Source: Escherichia phage FL33 | Direction: 5' to 3' (one strand) | Length of the DNA stretch: 64,000 nucleotides | Sequence record: PP400788 | Part shown: piece by piece, positions 7,668 to 20,358 of the stretch | Layout: each line of letters opens with the position of its first letter | Numbering within the stretch: position 1 is the stretch's first letter | Translations under genes and position numbers: made by a program | The notes under the pieces: generated by a model | What the model saw: only the letters and a program-made list of their open reading frames with translations | The model's database searches: none | Told to the model about the DNA's origin: nothing

Positions 7668-8411
<744 letters not shown>

Positions 8412-8412
<1 letters not shown>

Positions 8413-9137
8413 TATAGTACCTTTAGTGTATTTTTAATTTTAGAAAAAAGTTCTTCAAGAGAACCATCGTTTGTAATTACTAAATCGCCATCACGAATTG
8501 GCAATCCAGCTTCTGTAATATGTGTATCATTGGATTTTTGACCAGGACGAACTACATGAATTACTGTAGCACCCATCGCCCTAGCCGCATCCATTTCATG
8601 ATCTTGACGGGTATCAGGAACGATATAATAATCATAACCTGAGTTAAATTTATCAAGATAATCTAAAGCAAATAATTTTACCCAATACATGCGGTCGAAG
8701 TTATTAACAATCAAATCCGTACCTAGGGCTTGCATCAGACGACGGACTGACCATTGATCTTCAATATTATTTATAACGTCAATAATCTTGTTAGATGCTA
8801 CGGAATTAACTGATTCTTGTCCTTCGTCATCAAAAACAAACACACCCTTAATTGGGCTTTTACCGTTAAGATAGCAAAATGCTTGTTCCATAATCGTGAT
8901 TACTTCTGATTTAGTCAGATTTAAATTAGTCTCACGATCATAGTCAATTCCTTCAAACTCTTTACGAGTTAAGCAAGGATAGTCAGTGTTTTCTGCAAAT
9001 ACGCCCCATGCATAAGCCAATGCATCCTTAATAGGACCAGCAAGTTGGTATTTAACTGCAGAATAATTGCTCATGATAAAATCAGCAGTAGTATCTTTTC
9101 CACTACGCTTTACACCGCTTAAAAAGATTAGTTTCAT
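8412..9137 (-). CDS. 1: Deoxynucleoside monophosphate kinase
   Basis: Start at ATG 9137 (MKLIFLSGVKRSGKDT, GAGGAG SD); P-loop GVKRSGKDT; track start 9176 rejected. Confidence 0.9.
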
Positions 9138-9186
9138 GTGTTTCTCCTCAAATTTAATTAAGATTATAACACACAAAACTGAAGCA

Positions 9187-9717
9187 TTAAACTTCTGCTA
9201 TAATTTTACCATCTTTTTCTACTTGAAAATACGTATAAGGAATCGTTGCAGTACATACTAAAGCCGGGTCTGAATCTTCTGTGTAGCTAAATTCTACTTC
9301 AGATAGGTCAGAAACCCAAGGCTTATAAAAATTTATTGACATCACGATTTCAGTTTTGCTATTATCTAAGATGTAAAGCGTAATGTACTCAGGACCTGTT
9401 TTTTGGGCAGTATTTTCACCTGTAAGATAGTTGCTAGTTCCTAGCATCCATTCATACATTCCTATCCACGACTTAAGTTCTTCATCAACTATAAATCTCA
9501 CAATAAGTGGATCATACTCAAATGTAACACCTGGACGTTGTGCTCGGCCCAGTCCAAACGGCCCAGTCACAGTATCAGTAACAGGTATTCTAATTCCTGG
9601 AATAGGAACTGACTGAGCATTTAAAGTAAAAGCAGATGTAGTATTACTATGTGGTATTGATACTACAAAGTTAGTTGTATTTGCTTGGTTAAAAATTTGT
9701 TGCAGAGCTTGCGACAT
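9187..9717 (-). CDS. 3: Tail completion / sheath stabilizer protein gp3
   Basis: Start at ATG 9717 (MSQALQQIF..., GAGGAA SD) giving 176 aa as in T4 gp3; track start 9798 rejected. Confidence 0.85.
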   Translation of the reverse strand: MSQALQQIFNQANTTNFVVSIPHSNTTSAFTLNAQSVPIPGIRIPVTDTVTGPFGLGRAQRPGVTFEYDPLIVRFIVDEELKSWIGMYEWMLGTSNYLTGENTAQKTGPEYITLYILDNSKTEIVMSINFYKPWVSDLSEVEFSYTEDSDPALVCTATIPYTYFQVEKDGKIIAEV

Positions 9718-9823
9718 ATATTCCTCATAATGCTTTATAACTGTTGGTGGTATAATGGGTCTAAGTCCCTTCCATTCAATTCCATTTAGAACAAACAACA
9801 GAAAAGAATGGAAGATAATAGAA

Positions 9824-10648
9824 TTAGATATTTGACCAGACTTTGTTTGCAGAGAAACGTTTTCCTTTTGAAACGAACTGCTGAAGTGGCATCAACACAA
9901 CGTTCGCCCAGTCTTTCGGGGCGATTTCAACAAGGCTACCCATAATATTACCAGGTATATATGCCTTAATCATTTGGTCTGCACCCCTAAATCCTTTCAC
10001 TTGACTCCAATCAATTTTTAATTTCGTTTTATTAGTAATAGTAGGTGTATTTGCATATTGCTTTAAAAGCTCTTCTAGGAATTGCTGACGAGCTTTAGGT
10101 GGAATATAGTGCAAGTTTAATCCGTACATTAAGTTATGCTTACCTAAACCAAGGTAAATTATCAAAGGAAATTTATCCCAGTAAGGAAGAGTTTCCTTGT
10201 GTTTAGCATCATAAGCAAAAGCATATATTCGTCCCGGCTGCGGGCGAACAACTTTATGTCCTTTTACTTGCTTAATAGTTTCAGCAAACCATTTTCTGGT
10301 TTTATTATTAATTGCTGCACCTTCATTACGAATTTTATCGCGCAATGTTTGTCTGAATGAATTTATCATAAGCAGTTGTCTTTCTTGCTTATTGAGCTTA
10401 TTCATTGGTTTTGATTCAAGCTTTTGAATCTTTTCAGCTGTTTTAATTCCTGAAGCATATTTTGACATTGCCGAAGTAAACGTAGAGTATTTGATTCCTC
10501 TTTCTTCAGCAAATTGTTTTCCTGTCATTCCTTTTGCTTTGGCCTTTTTATATTCAAGACCTATTTGAATCCATTTCTTTTCGTTTAATGATTGCTTAAC
10601 CTTTGGAACTTGGGGAGTGCTTTCATTAATTATTTGAAAAATAGCCAT
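9824..10648 (-). CDS. 2: DNA end protector protein gp2
   Basis: 274 aa, size and position as T4 gp2. Confidence 0.85.
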
Positions 10649-11100
10649 TATGCCCCCTTAAAGCCAAGAGCTCGTAATCCATCTTCTGTTAGAATTCTAA
10701 ATTTTATTCCACGCTTTTCAGCTAAAGATTGTGCTGCTTTCCATTTGTCAGTGTTCACAGACCAGGTATAAATTTCATTCATAAATCTTTTCTTCGCTGC
10801 GGTTGTTAGATGTGCTGGTTTAACTGGTGGTTGTGTTTCTTTTTTAGGTTTTATTTCAATAAAAAATTCTTGTCCAGAAGAATCTTTCATCCAAATATCC
10901 ATGAAGTATCTACGTTTTTTCCCTTCTGCATTACAAAAATAAGGAATTACTGCTGTTTCACTACCCCATGCAATAATTTCTGGATTTTTATCTAACCATT
11001 CAAAAAAGAATTTTTCCCAATTTGATCTATACGTAATTTTTTTAGGGTCACCTCTATATTTTGATATATTTTTAGGAACCCATTTTCCAGAATATGCCAT
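10648..11100 (-). CDS. 4: Head completion protein gp4
   Basis: 150 aa, size and position as T4 gp4; divergent from gene 53. Confidence 0.85.
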
Positions 11101-11111
11101 TGGATTCTCCT

Positions 11112-11134
11112 TATAAATAGATAATATATTTATA
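11112..11134. promoter_or_regulatory. Divergent T4-type late promoters between genes 4 and 53
   Basis: Forward TATAAATA at 11112-11119 (for gene 53) and forward TATTTATA at 11127-11134 (TATAAATA on minus, for gene 4). Confidence 0.6.
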
Positions 11135-11147
11135 AACAGGAGGGCCC

Positions 11148-11738
11148 ATGCTCTTTACATTTTTTGATCCGATTGAATATGCGGCCAAAACGGTGAATAA
11201 AAACGCGCCGACTATTCCTATGACAGATATTTTTAGAAACTATAAAGACTATTTTAAACGCGCTCTTGCGGGATACCGCTTACGTACTTATTATATTAAA
11301 GGTTCACCACGCCCGGAAGAATTAGCAAATACTATATATGGAAATCCGCAGTTGTATTGGGTTTTATTGATGTGTAATGATAATTATGACCCGTACTATG
11401 GATGGATTACTTCGCAAGAAGCTGCTTATCAAGCATCTATACAAAAATACAAAAATGTAGGTGGAGACCAAATAGTATATCATGTGAATGAGAATGGTGA
11501 AAAATTTTATAATTTAATATCATACGATGATAATCCGTATGTTTGGTATGATAAAGGCGATAAAGCTAGAAAATATCCTCAATATGAAGGAGCACTTGCT
11601 GCTGTTGATACGTATGAAGCTGCTGTTCTTGAAAATGAAAAACTTCGTCAAATAAAAATAATAGCAAAATCAGACATCAATTCATTTATGAACGACCTTA
11701 TACGTATAATGGAGAAATCTTATGGAAATGATAAGTAA
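11148..11738 (+). CDS. 53: Baseplate wedge protein gp53
   Basis: 196 aa; first gene of late + strand block; AGGAGGG SD. Confidence 0.9.
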   Translation: MLFTFFDPIEYAAKTVNKNAPTIPMTDIFRNYKDYFKRALAGYRLRTYYIKGSPRPEELANTIYGNPQLYWVLLMCNDNYDPYYGWITSQEAAYQASIQKYKNVGGDQIVYHVNENGEKFYNLISYDDNPYVWYDKGDKARKYPQYEGALAAVDTYEAAVLENEKLRQIKIIAKSDINSFMNDLIRIMEKSYGNDK

Positions 11739-13449
11739 TAACCTCAACTGGTTTGTTGGTGTTGTTGAAGATAGAATGGACCCATTAAAATTAGGTCGTG
11801 TTCGTGTTCGTGTAGTTGGTCTGCATCCACCCCAAAGAGCGCAAGGCGATGTAATGGGTATTCCAACCGATAAATTGCCATGGATGTCAGTTATTCAACC
11901 GATAACTTCTGCAGCAATGTCTGGAATTGGAGGCTCCGTTACTGGTCCGGTAGAAGGAACTAGAGTATATGGTCATTTTTTAGACAAATGGAAAACTAAC
12001 GGAATTGTCCTTGGCACGTATGGTGGGATAGTTCGCGAAAAACCTAATAGACTTGAAGGATTTTCTGACCCAACTGGACAGTATCCTAGACGTCTAGGAA
12101 ATGATACTAACGTATTAAACCAAGGCGGAGAAGTAGGATATGATTCGTCTTCTAATATTATCCAAGATAGTAATTTAGATACTGCGATAAATCCCGATGA
12201 TAGACCACTATCAGAGATTCCAACTGATGATAATCCAAATATGTCAATGGCTGAAATGCTTCGCCGTGATGAAGGATTAAGACTAAAAGTTTATTGGGAT
12301 ACCGAAGGATATCCGACAATTGGTATTGGTCATCTTATCATGAAGCAGCCAGTTCGTGATATGGCCCAAATTAATAAAGTTTTATCAAAACAAGTTGGTC
12401 GTGAAATTACCGGAAATCCAGGTTCTATTACAATGGAAGAAGCGGTAACTTTATTTGAACGCGATTTGGCTGATATGCAACGTGACATTAAATCACATTC
12501 TAAAGTTGGCCCAGTTTGGCAGGCAGTTAATCGTTCTCGTCAAATGGCGTTAGAAAATATGGCATTCCAAATGGGCGTTGGTGGCGTAGCTAAATTTAAC
12601 ACAATGTTAACTGCTATGTTAGCCGGAGATTGGGAAAAAGCATATAAAGCCGGTCGTGATTCATTGTGGTATCAACAAACAAAAGGCCGTGCATCCCGTG
12701 TTACCATGATTATTCTTACCGGGAATTTGGAATCATACGGTATTGAAGTTAAAACGCCAGCTAGGTCTTTGTCAGCAATGGCTGCTACTGTAGCAAAGTC
12801 TTCTGACCCGGCCGATCCTCCTATTCCGAATGATTCGAGAATTTTATTCAAAGAACCTGTTTCTTCATATAAAGGTGAATATCCGTATGTTCACACAATG
12901 GAAACTGAAAGCGGTCATATTCAGGAATTTGATGATACCCCTGGACAAGAACGATACAGATTAGTTCATCCGACTGGAACGTATGAGGAAGTATCACCAT
13001 CAGGAAGAAGAACAAGAAAAACCGTTGATAATTTGTATGATATAACAAATGCTGATGGTAATTTTTTAGTAGCCGGCGATAAAAAGACTAACGTTGGTGG
13101 ATCAGAAATTTATTACAACATGGATAATCGTCTTCACCAAATAGATGGAAGCAACACAATATTTGTGCGTGGCGATGAAACTAAGACAGTTGAAGGTAAT
13201 GGAACTATCCTAGTTAAAGGTAATGTTACTATTGTAGTTGAAGGTAATGCTGACATTACAGTTAAAGGGGATGCTACTACTTTAGTTGAAGGAAATCAAA
13301 CTAATACAGTAAATGGAAATCTTTCTTGGAAAGTTGCTGGGAGAGTTGATTGGGACGTTGGTGGTGATTGGACAGAAAAAATGGCATCTATGAGTTCTAT
13401 TTCATCTAGTCAATACACAATTGATGGATCGAGGATTGACATTGGCTAA
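11722..13449 (+). CDS. 5: Baseplate hub / cell-puncturing protein gp5 with lysozyme domain
   Basis: 575 aa MEMISNNLNWFVGVVEDRMDP...; internal lysozyme domain MAEMLRRDEGLRLKVYWDTEGYPTIGIGHL paralogous to gene e in this same window; C-terminal VEGN beta-helix repeats. Confidence 0.95.
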   Translation: MEMISNNLNWFVGVVEDRMDPLKLGRVRVRVVGLHPPQRAQGDVMGIPTDKLPWMSVIQPITSAAMSGIGGSVTGPVEGTRVYGHFLDKWKTNGIVLGTYGGIVREKPNRLEGFSDPTGQYPRRLGNDTNVLNQGGEVGYDSSSNIIQDSNLDTAINPDDRPLSEIPTDDNPNMSMAEMLRRDEGLRLKVYWDTEGYPTIGIGHLIMKQPVRDMAQINKVLSKQVGREITGNPGSITMEEAVTLFERDLADMQRDIKSHSKVGPVWQAVNRSRQMALENMAFQMGVGGVAKFNTMLTAMLAGDWEKAYKAGRDSLWYQQTKGRASRVTMIILTGNLESYGIEVKTPARSLSAMAATVAKSSDPADPPIPNDSRILFKEPVSSYKGEYPYVHTMETESGHIQEFDDTPGQERYRLVHPTGTYEEVSPSGRRTRKTVDNLYDITNADGNFLVAGDKKTNVGGSEIYYNMDNRLHQIDGSNTIFVRGDETKTVEGNGTILVKGNVTIVVEGNADITVKGDATTLVEGNQTNTVNGNLSWKVAGRVDWDVGGDWTEKMASMSSISSSQYTIDGSRIDIG

Positions 13450-13483
13450 TATACTTCCAATGAGCGCTGATTTAGGAGAATCC

Positions 13484-13978
13484 ATGGAAGGTTCTTCTAT
13501 CGACGTCACCTTTACCGCTCAATTAGAAACAGGTGAAACGTTAGTATCTATAAATATAACTAGTTACGAAGAAACTCCTGGGGTTTTAGTAGAAGAAAAT
13601 CGTTTATATGGAACGTATGAATCTGTGTTTGGATTTGGAAATGACGCATTGAAATATCGTTTAGATGATGAATTTAAAACTGCTGCTTCATGGGAAGACC
13701 TTCCAACTGATTCTAATACTCAGTTATATCTATGGAAAGCTCCTCAAAACCTCCAGAAGACATTCACTTATGAAGTAACATTAATATATGACTACCAAGA
13801 ACAAAGTGAATCTGGAGGTTCTGGCAGTAATTCTAGGTCATCTTCTGATACTACTGAACCAACGGATCCTCCTGCTCCAATAAGAAAAACTCTTGTTAAA
13901 AATTACACAAAAACTATAGTTGGAAATTGGAGCCGTTGGGCTAATAAATTGAGAAGCTACGTATATGAGAGGCAATAA
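13484..13978 (+). CDS. 5.1: gp5.1-position hypothetical protein
   Basis: Start chosen at ATG 13484 ([10 protein letters not shown]..., AGGAG SD 6 nt upstream) rather than track start 13421 which overlaps gene 5. Confidence 0.6.
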
Positions 13979-14271
13979 TGTCAGGATTAAGTTATGATAA
14001 GTGTGTTACTGCTGGCCATGAAGCATGGCCTCCAACAGTTGTGAATGCTACACAAAGTAAAGTATTCACTGGAGGAATTGCTGTTCTCGTAGCAGGTGAT
14101 CCAATTACAGAACATACAGAAATTAAAAAGCCATATGAAACACATGGCGGAGTGACACAACCTAGAACTTCTAAGGTATATGTCACTGGAAAGAAAGCTG
14201 TTCAAATGGCTGATCCAATATCATGCGGTGATACTGTGGCTCAGGCATCATCTAAAGTATTCATTAAATAG
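13978..14271 (+). CDS. 5.4: Baseplate spike tip PAAR-type protein gp5.4
   Basis: 97 aa; size and position as T4 gp5.4; ATGA overlap with upstream gene. Confidence 0.8.
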
Positions 14272-14279
14272 GATTTAAA

Positions 14280-16262
14280 ATGGCAAATACCCCTGTAAAT
14301 TATCAATTAACAAGAACAGCAAATGCTATTCCCGAGATATTCGTCGGGGGTACATTTGCTGAAATAAAACAAAACCTCATTGAATGGCTTAATGGCCAAA
14401 ATGAATTTTTGGATTATGATTTTGAAGGCTCAAGATTAAACGTTCTGTGTGACCTTTTAGCTTATAATACATTATACATTCAGCAGTTTGGTAATGCTGC
14501 CGTATATGAAAGCTTTATGCGTACTGCTAACTTACGTAGTTCAGTAGTTCAAGCGGCGCAAGATAATGGATATTTACCTACTTCAAAATCAGCTGCTCAA
14601 ACTGAAATTATGCTAACTTGTACAGACGCATTGAATAGAAATTACATTACTATTCCTCGTGGTACTCGCTTTTTAGCATATGCAAAAGATACTTCTGTTA
14701 ATCCTTATAACTTTGTCTCTACCGAAGATGTTATTGCTATTCGTGATAAAAATAACCAGTATTTTCCACGTTTAAAATTAGCCCAGGGACGTATAGTAAG
14801 AACTGAAATCATTTATGATAAATTAACACCTATTATCATTTATGACAAAAATATAGATAGAAACCAAGTTAAACTATACGTTGATGGAGCAGAATGGATT
14901 AACTGGACAAGAAAGTCAATGGTTCATGCTGGTTCTACATCAACAATTTACTACATGCGTGAAACTATTGATGGAAATACTGAATTTTATTTTGGTGAAG
15001 GTGAGATTTCTGTTAACGCGGCAGAAGGAGCATTGACCGCTAATTATATTGGAGGTCTTAAACCTACCCAGAACTCTACGATTGTTATTGAGTACATCAG
15101 TACTAACGGTGCAGATGCGAATGGTGCAGTCGGATTTTCATACGCAGATACATTAACAAATATAACTGTCATCAATATTAACGAAAATCCAAATGATGAC
15201 CCAGATTTTGTTGGGGCAGATGGCGGCGGCGATCCAGAAGATATTGAGCGTATTCGCGAATTGGGTACTATTAAACGCGAAACCCAGCAACGCTGCGTAA
15301 CTGCAACCGACTATGATACATTCGTCTCAGAAAGATTCGGTTCTATTATTCAAGCGGTTCAGACTTTCACTGATTCTACTAAACCTGGTTATGCATTTAT
15401 TGCTGCTAAACCTAAATCAGGACTATATTTAACTACTGTACAACGTGAAGATATTAAAAATTATCTAAAAGATTATAATTTAGCTCCTATTACACCATCA
15501 ATTATTTCTCCTAATTATCTTTTTGTTAAGACTAATTTAAAAGTCACATATGCTTTAAATAAGCTGCAAGAATCAGAACAGTGGCTAGAAGGTCAAATAA
15601 TTGATAAAATTGATCGTTATTATACCGAAGACGTAGAAATTTTTAATTCATCTTTCGCTAAATCTAAGATGTTGACATATGTAGATGATGCAGATCATTC
15701 TATTATTGGCTCATCGGCGACAATTCAGATGGTACGTGAAGTACAAAACTTCTATAAAACGCCTGAAGCGGGTATTAAATACAATAATCAAATAAAAGAT
15801 CGTTCTATGGAATCTAATACGTTTTCATTTAATTCCGGACGAAAGGTTGTAAATCCTGATACTGGCTTAGAAGAAGATGTATTATATGACGTTCGTATAG
15901 TATCAACAGACCGAGATTCTAAAGGAATTGGTAAAGTTATTATTGGTCCATTTGCTTCGGGTGATGTTACAGAAAATGAAAACATTCAGCCATATACAGG
16001 CAATGATTTTAATAAATTAGCAAGTTCCGATGGACGTGACAAATACTATGTTATCGGTGAAATAAATTATCCAGCTGACATGATTTATTGGAATATCGCT
16101 AAAATTAATTTAACATCCGATAAATTTGAGGTTCAGACTATTGAGCTATATTCTGATCCAATAGACGATGTTATTTTCACGCGCGATGGTTCACTGATTG
16201 TATTTGAAAATGATTTGCGTCCACAATACTTAACTATCGATTTGGAGCCTATATCACAATGA
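14280..16262 (+). CDS. 6: Baseplate wedge protein gp6
   Basis: 660 aa, size and position as T4 gp6. Confidence 0.95.
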   Translation: MANTPVNYQLTRTANAIPEIFVGGTFAEIKQNLIEWLNGQNEFLDYDFEGSRLNVLCDLLAYNTLYIQQFGNAAVYESFMRTANLRSSVVQAAQDNGYLPTSKSAAQTEIMLTCTDALNRNYITIPRGTRFLAYAKDTSVNPYNFVSTEDVIAIRDKNNQYFPRLKLAQGRIVRTEIIYDKLTPIIIYDKNIDRNQVKLYVDGAEWINWTRKSMVHAGSTSTIYYMRETIDGNTEFYFGEGEISVNAAEGALTANYIGGLKPTQNSTIVIEYISTNGADANGAVGFSYADTLTNITVININENPNDDPDFVGADGGGDPEDIERIRELGTIKRETQQRCVTATDYDTFVSERFGSIIQAVQTFTDSTKPGYAFIAAKPKSGLYLTTVQREDIKNYLKDYNLAPITPSIISPNYLFVKTNLKVTYALNKLQESEQWLEGQIIDKIDRYYTEDVEIFNSSFAKSKMLTYVDDADHSIIGSSATIQMVREVQNFYKTPEAGIKYNNQIKDRSMESNTFSFNSGRKVVNPDTGLEEDVLYDVRIVSTDRDSKGIGKVIIGPFASGDVTENENIQPYTGNDFNKLASSDGRDKYYVIGEINYPADMIYWNIAKINLTSDKFEVQTIELYSDPIDDVIFTRDGSLIVFENDLRPQYLTIDLEPISQ

Positions 16263-19200
16263 CAGTAAAAGCACCTTCAGTCACTAGTCTCAGAATTTCC
16301 AAGTTATCCGCAAATCAGGTGCAAGTACGCTGGGATGACGTTGGTGCTAATTTCTACTATTTTGTAGAAATCGCTGAGACAAAAACAGACTCGGGGGAAA
16401 ATCTCCCGAGTAATCAATACAGATGGATTAACTTAGGATATACTGCAAATAACAGCTTCTTTTTTGATGATGCCGACCCATTGACATCATACATTATTAG
16501 AGTAGCCACAGCTGCGCAAGATTTTGAGCAGTCTGATTGGATTTATACCGAAGAGTTTGAAACTTTTGCTACAAATGCTTATACATTTCAAAACATGATT
16601 GAAATGCAATTAGCCAATAAATTCATTCAGGAAAAATTTACTCTTAATAATTCTGATTATGTTAATTTTAACAATGACACTATAATGGCTGCGTTGATGA
16701 ATGAATCATTTCAGTTCAGCCCATCATATGTTGACGTTTCATCAATAAGCAATTTTATTATTGGTGAAAATGAGTATCATGAAATACAAGGTTCTATTCA
16801 GCAAGTATGTAAGGATATTAACCGAGTTTATTTGATGGAATCAGAAGGGATTTTATACCTTTTTGAGCGTTATCAACCTGTAGTTAAAGTATCCAATGAT
16901 AAAGGACAAACTTGGAAAGCTGTAAAGCTCTTCAATGACCGTGTAGGATATCCTTTATCTAAGACAGTATATTACCAATCTGCGAACACAACATACGTTC
17001 TAGGATACGACAAGATTTTCTACGGCCGCAAATCTACTGATGTTAGATGGTCAGCTGATGATGTCAGATTTAGTTCGCAGGATATAACATTCGCTAAACT
17101 TGGCGACCAATTACATCTAGGATTTGATGTAGAAATTTTTGCCACTTACGCGACTTTGCCAGCTAATGTATACCGCATTGCAGAAGCTATTACTTGCACT
17201 GATGATTACATTTACGTTGTCGCCAGAGACAAAGTTAGATACATAAAAACGAGTAATGCACCTATAGATTCTGACCCATTATCTCCAACATATTCGGAAA
17301 GACTTTTTGAACCTGATACTATGACTATAACTGGAAATCCTAAAGCAGTATGTTATAAAATGGATTCTATTGGTGATAAAGTTTTTGCTCTTATTATTGG
17401 AGAAGTTGAAACATTAAATGCTAATCCTAGAACATCAAAAATAATTGATTCTGCTGATAAAGGAATATATGTTTTAAATCATGACACGAAAACATGGAAA
17501 AGAGTTTTTGGCAACACTGAAGAAGAAAGAAGACGTATTCAACCGGGATATGCGAATATGTCAACTGATGGTAAATTAGTTTCTCTATCTTCGAGTAATT
17601 TTAAATTTTTAAGTGATAATATTGTTAATGACCCTGAAACTGTGGTGAAGTATCAGTTAATCGGTGCTGTTAAATATGAATTTCCTCGTGAATGGCTAGC
17701 TGATAAGCATTATCATATGATGGCATTTATAGCAGATGAAAAATCTGATTGGGAAACTTTTACACCTCAGCCGATGAAATACTATGCAGAACCATTCTTT
17801 AACTGGTCTAAAAAATCTAACACACGCTGTTGGATAAACAACTCTGATAGAGCTGTAGTAGTTTATGCTGATTTAAAATACACCAAAGTTATAGAAAATA
17901 TTCCGGAAACATCACCAGATAGATTAGTTCATGAATACTGGGATGATGGTGATTGTACGATAGTAATGCCAAATGTTAAATTCACGGGATTTAAAAAATA
18001 CGCATCTGGGATGCTTTTTTATAAGTCTTCTGGTGAAATAATTTCTTACTATGATTTTAACTATCGAGTGAGAGACACGGTTGAAATAATTTGGAAGCCA
18101 ACTGGAATATTTTTAAAAGCATTTTTACAAAACCAAGAGCGTGAAACTCCTTGGTCCCCGGAAGAAGAGCATGGATTAGCTGATCCTGATTTAAGACCAT
18201 TGATTGGCACAATGATGCCTGATTCTTATTTGCTACAGGATTCTAATTTTGAGGCATTCTGCGAAGCATATATTCAGTATCTTTCTGATGGATATGGAAC
18301 TCAGTATAATAATTTACGAAATTTAATTCGTAACCAATATCCGCGAGAAGAGCACGCGTGGGAATATTTGTGGTCAGAGATATATAAAAGAAACATTTAT
18401 TTAAATGCTGATAAACGTGATGCTGTTGCAAGATTTTTTGAATCACGTAGCTATGATTTTTATTCTACTAAAGGAATTGAAGCATCATACAAGTTTCTTT
18501 TTAAAGTTCTTTATAATGAAGAAGTTGAAATTGAAATTGAATCTGGAGCTGGTACTGAATATGATATAATCGTTCAATCTGATTCTTTGACCGAAGACTT
18601 AGTAGGACAAACGATTTATACAGCTACAGGAAGATGTAATGTTACTTATATAGAAAGAAGCTATTCTAATGGTAAATTGCAATGGACCGTAACTATTCAT
18701 AATCTTTTAGGAAGATTAATTGCCGGTCAAGAAGTTAAAGCAGAAAGACTCCCTAGTTTCGAAGGCGAAATTATTCGCGGGGTTAAAGGAAAGGATTTGC
18801 TTCAAAATAATATAGACTATATTAATAGAAGTAGATCATATTATGTAATGAAAATTAAATCCAATTTACCTTCTTCCCGCTGGAAATCTGACGTTATTCG
18901 TTTTGTTCATCCAGTAGGATTTGGATTTATAGCAATTACTCTTTTAACAATGTTTATTAATGTTGGTTTAACTCTTAAACATACAGAGACTATAATTAAT
19001 AAATACAAAAACTATAAATGGGATTCTGGATTGCCTACTGAATACGCTGATAGAGTAGCTAAATTGACTCCAACCGGTGAAATTGAGCATGATTCAGTAA
19101 CAGGCGAAGCAATTTATGAACCTGGCCCAATGGCTGGCGTAGAATATCCTCTTCCTGATGACTATAATGCTGAAAATAATAATTCAATATTTCAAGGTCA

Positions 19201-19357
19201 ATTGCCTTCTGAACGACGTAAATTAATGAGTCCTCTATTTGATGCATCTGGAACAACATTTGCACAATTTAGGGATTTAGTTAATAAACGTCTAAAAGAT
19301 AATATAGGAAATCCAAGAGACCCTGAAAATCCAACACAGGTTAAAATAGATGAATGA
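16259..19357 (+). CDS. 7: Baseplate wedge protein gp7
   Basis: 1032 aa, size and position as T4 gp7. Confidence 0.95.
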   Translation: MTVKAPSVTSLRISKLSANQVQVRWDDVGANFYYFVEIAETKTDSGENLPSNQYRWINLGYTANNSFFFDDADPLTSYIIRVATAAQDFEQSDWIYTEEFETFATNAYTFQNMIEMQLANKFIQEKFTLNNSDYVNFNNDTIMAALMNESFQFSPSYVDVSSISNFIIGENEYHEIQGSIQQVCKDINRVYLMESEGILYLFERYQPVVKVSNDKGQTWKAVKLFNDRVGYPLSKTVYYQSANTTYVLGYDKIFYGRKSTDVRWSADDVRFSSQDITFAKLGDQLHLGFDVEIFATYATLPANVYRIAEAITCTDDYIYVVARDKVRYIKTSNAPIDSDPLSPTYSERLFEPDTMTITGNPKAVCYKMDSIGDKVFALIIGEVETLNANPRTSKIIDSADKGIYVLNHDTKTWKRVFGNTEEERRRIQPGYANMSTDGKLVSLSSSNFKFLSDNIVNDPETVVKYQLIGAVKYEFPREWLADKHYHMMAFIADEKSDWETFTPQPMKYYAEPFFNWSKKSNTRCWINNSDRAVVVYADLKYTKVIENIPETSPDRLVHEYWDDGDCTIVMPNVKFTGFKKYASGMLFYKSSGEIISYYDFNYRVRDTVEIIWKPTGIFLKAFLQNQERETPWSPEEEHGLADPDLRPLIGTMMPDSYLLQDSNFEAFCEAYIQYLSDGYGTQYNNLRNLIRNQYPREEHAWEYLWSEIYKRNIYLNADKRDAVARFFESRSYDFYSTKGIEASYKFLFKVLYNEEVEIEIESGAGTEYDIIVQSDSLTEDLVGQTIYTATGRCNVTYIERSYSNGKLQWTVTIHNLLGRLIAGQEVKAERLPSFEGEIIRGVKGKDLLQNNIDYINRSRSYYVMKIKSNLPSSRWKSDVIRFVHPVGFGFIAITLLTMFINVGLTLKHTETIINKYKNYKWDSGLPTEYADRVAKLTPTGEIEHDSVTGEAIYEPGPMAGVEYPLPDDYNAENNNSIFQGQLPSERRKLMSPLFDASGTTFAQFRDLVNKRLKDNIGNPRDPENPTQVKIDE

Positions 19358-20354
19358 TTCAAGTGTTATCTATCGTGCGATAGTTACTTCAAAATTTAGA
19401 ACAGAAAAAATGTTGAATTTTTATAATTCAATTGGAAGTGGTCCGGATAAAAACACTATCTTTATTACATTTGGAAGATCAGAACCGTGGTCATCAAACG
19501 AAAATGAGGTGGGATTTGCCCCACCTTATCCCACTGATTCTGTGTTAGGTGTAACTGACATGTGGACTCATATGATGGGAACCGTGAAGGTTCTTCCATC
19601 TATGCTTGATGCAGTTATTCCTCGTCGTGATTGGGGAGATACTAGATATCCGGATCCATACACATTTAGAATTAACGATATTGTAGTGTGTAACTCAGCT
19701 CCTTACAACGCTACCGAATCAGGCGCAGGCTGGTTAGTATATCGTTGTTTAGATGTTCCTGATACCGGAATGTGTTCAATTGAGTCTTTAACTAATAAGG
19801 ATGAATGCCTTAAGTTAGGTGGAAAATGGACTCCTTCTGTTAGGTCAATGACTCCTCCTGAAGGTCGAGGAGACGCGGAAGGAACAATCGAACCTGGAGA
19901 CGGGTATGTATGGGAATATCTTTTTGAGATTCCGCCTGATGTATCTATAAACAGATGCACGAATGAATATATCGTGGTTCCTTGGCCTGAGGAATTAAAA
20001 GAAGATCCGACTAGATGGGGGTATGAAGATAACCTCACTTGGCAGCAAGATGATTTTGGATTAATTTACCGGGTTAAGGCAAATACTATTCGTTTTAAAG
20101 CATACTTAGATTCAGTTTATTTTCCTGAAGCTGCATTGCCAGGAAATAAAGGATTTAGACAAATATCGATAATCACGAATCCTCTTGAAGCTAAAGTTCA
20201 TCCAAATGACCCAAACGTTAAAGCTGAAAAGGATTACTATGATCCGGAAGATTTAATGAGGCATTCGGGCGAAATGATTTATATGGAAAATAGGCCACCT
20301 ATTATTATGGCAATGGATCAAACGGAAGAAATCAATATTCTGTTTACATTTTAA
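19350..20354 (+). CDS. 8: Baseplate wedge protein gp8
   Basis: 334 aa, size and position as T4 gp8. Confidence 0.95.
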   Translation: MNDSSVIYRAIVTSKFRTEKMLNFYNSIGSGPDKNTIFITFGRSEPWSSNENEVGFAPPYPTDSVLGVTDMWTHMMGTVKVLPSMLDAVIPRRDWGDTRYPDPYTFRINDIVVCNSAPYNATESGAGWLVYRCLDVPDTGMCSIESLTNKDECLKLGGKWTPSVRSMTPPEGRGDAEGTIEPGDGYVWEYLFEIPPDVSINRCTNEYIVVPWPEELKEDPTRWGYEDNLTWQQDDFGLIYRVKANTIRFKAYLDSVYFPEAALPGNKGFRQISIITNPLEAKVHPNDPNVKAEKDYYDPEDLMRHSGEMIYMENRPPIIMAMDQTEEINILFTF

Positions 20355-20358
20355 ATTA

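Noticed and set aside
19703-20038. Antisense ORFs inside long late genes (e.g. 19703..20038, 23346..23693, 39120..39518, 60767..61021)
   Set aside because: Each is fully contained in and opposite to a strongly supported structural gene, lacks an SD, and has atypical composition.
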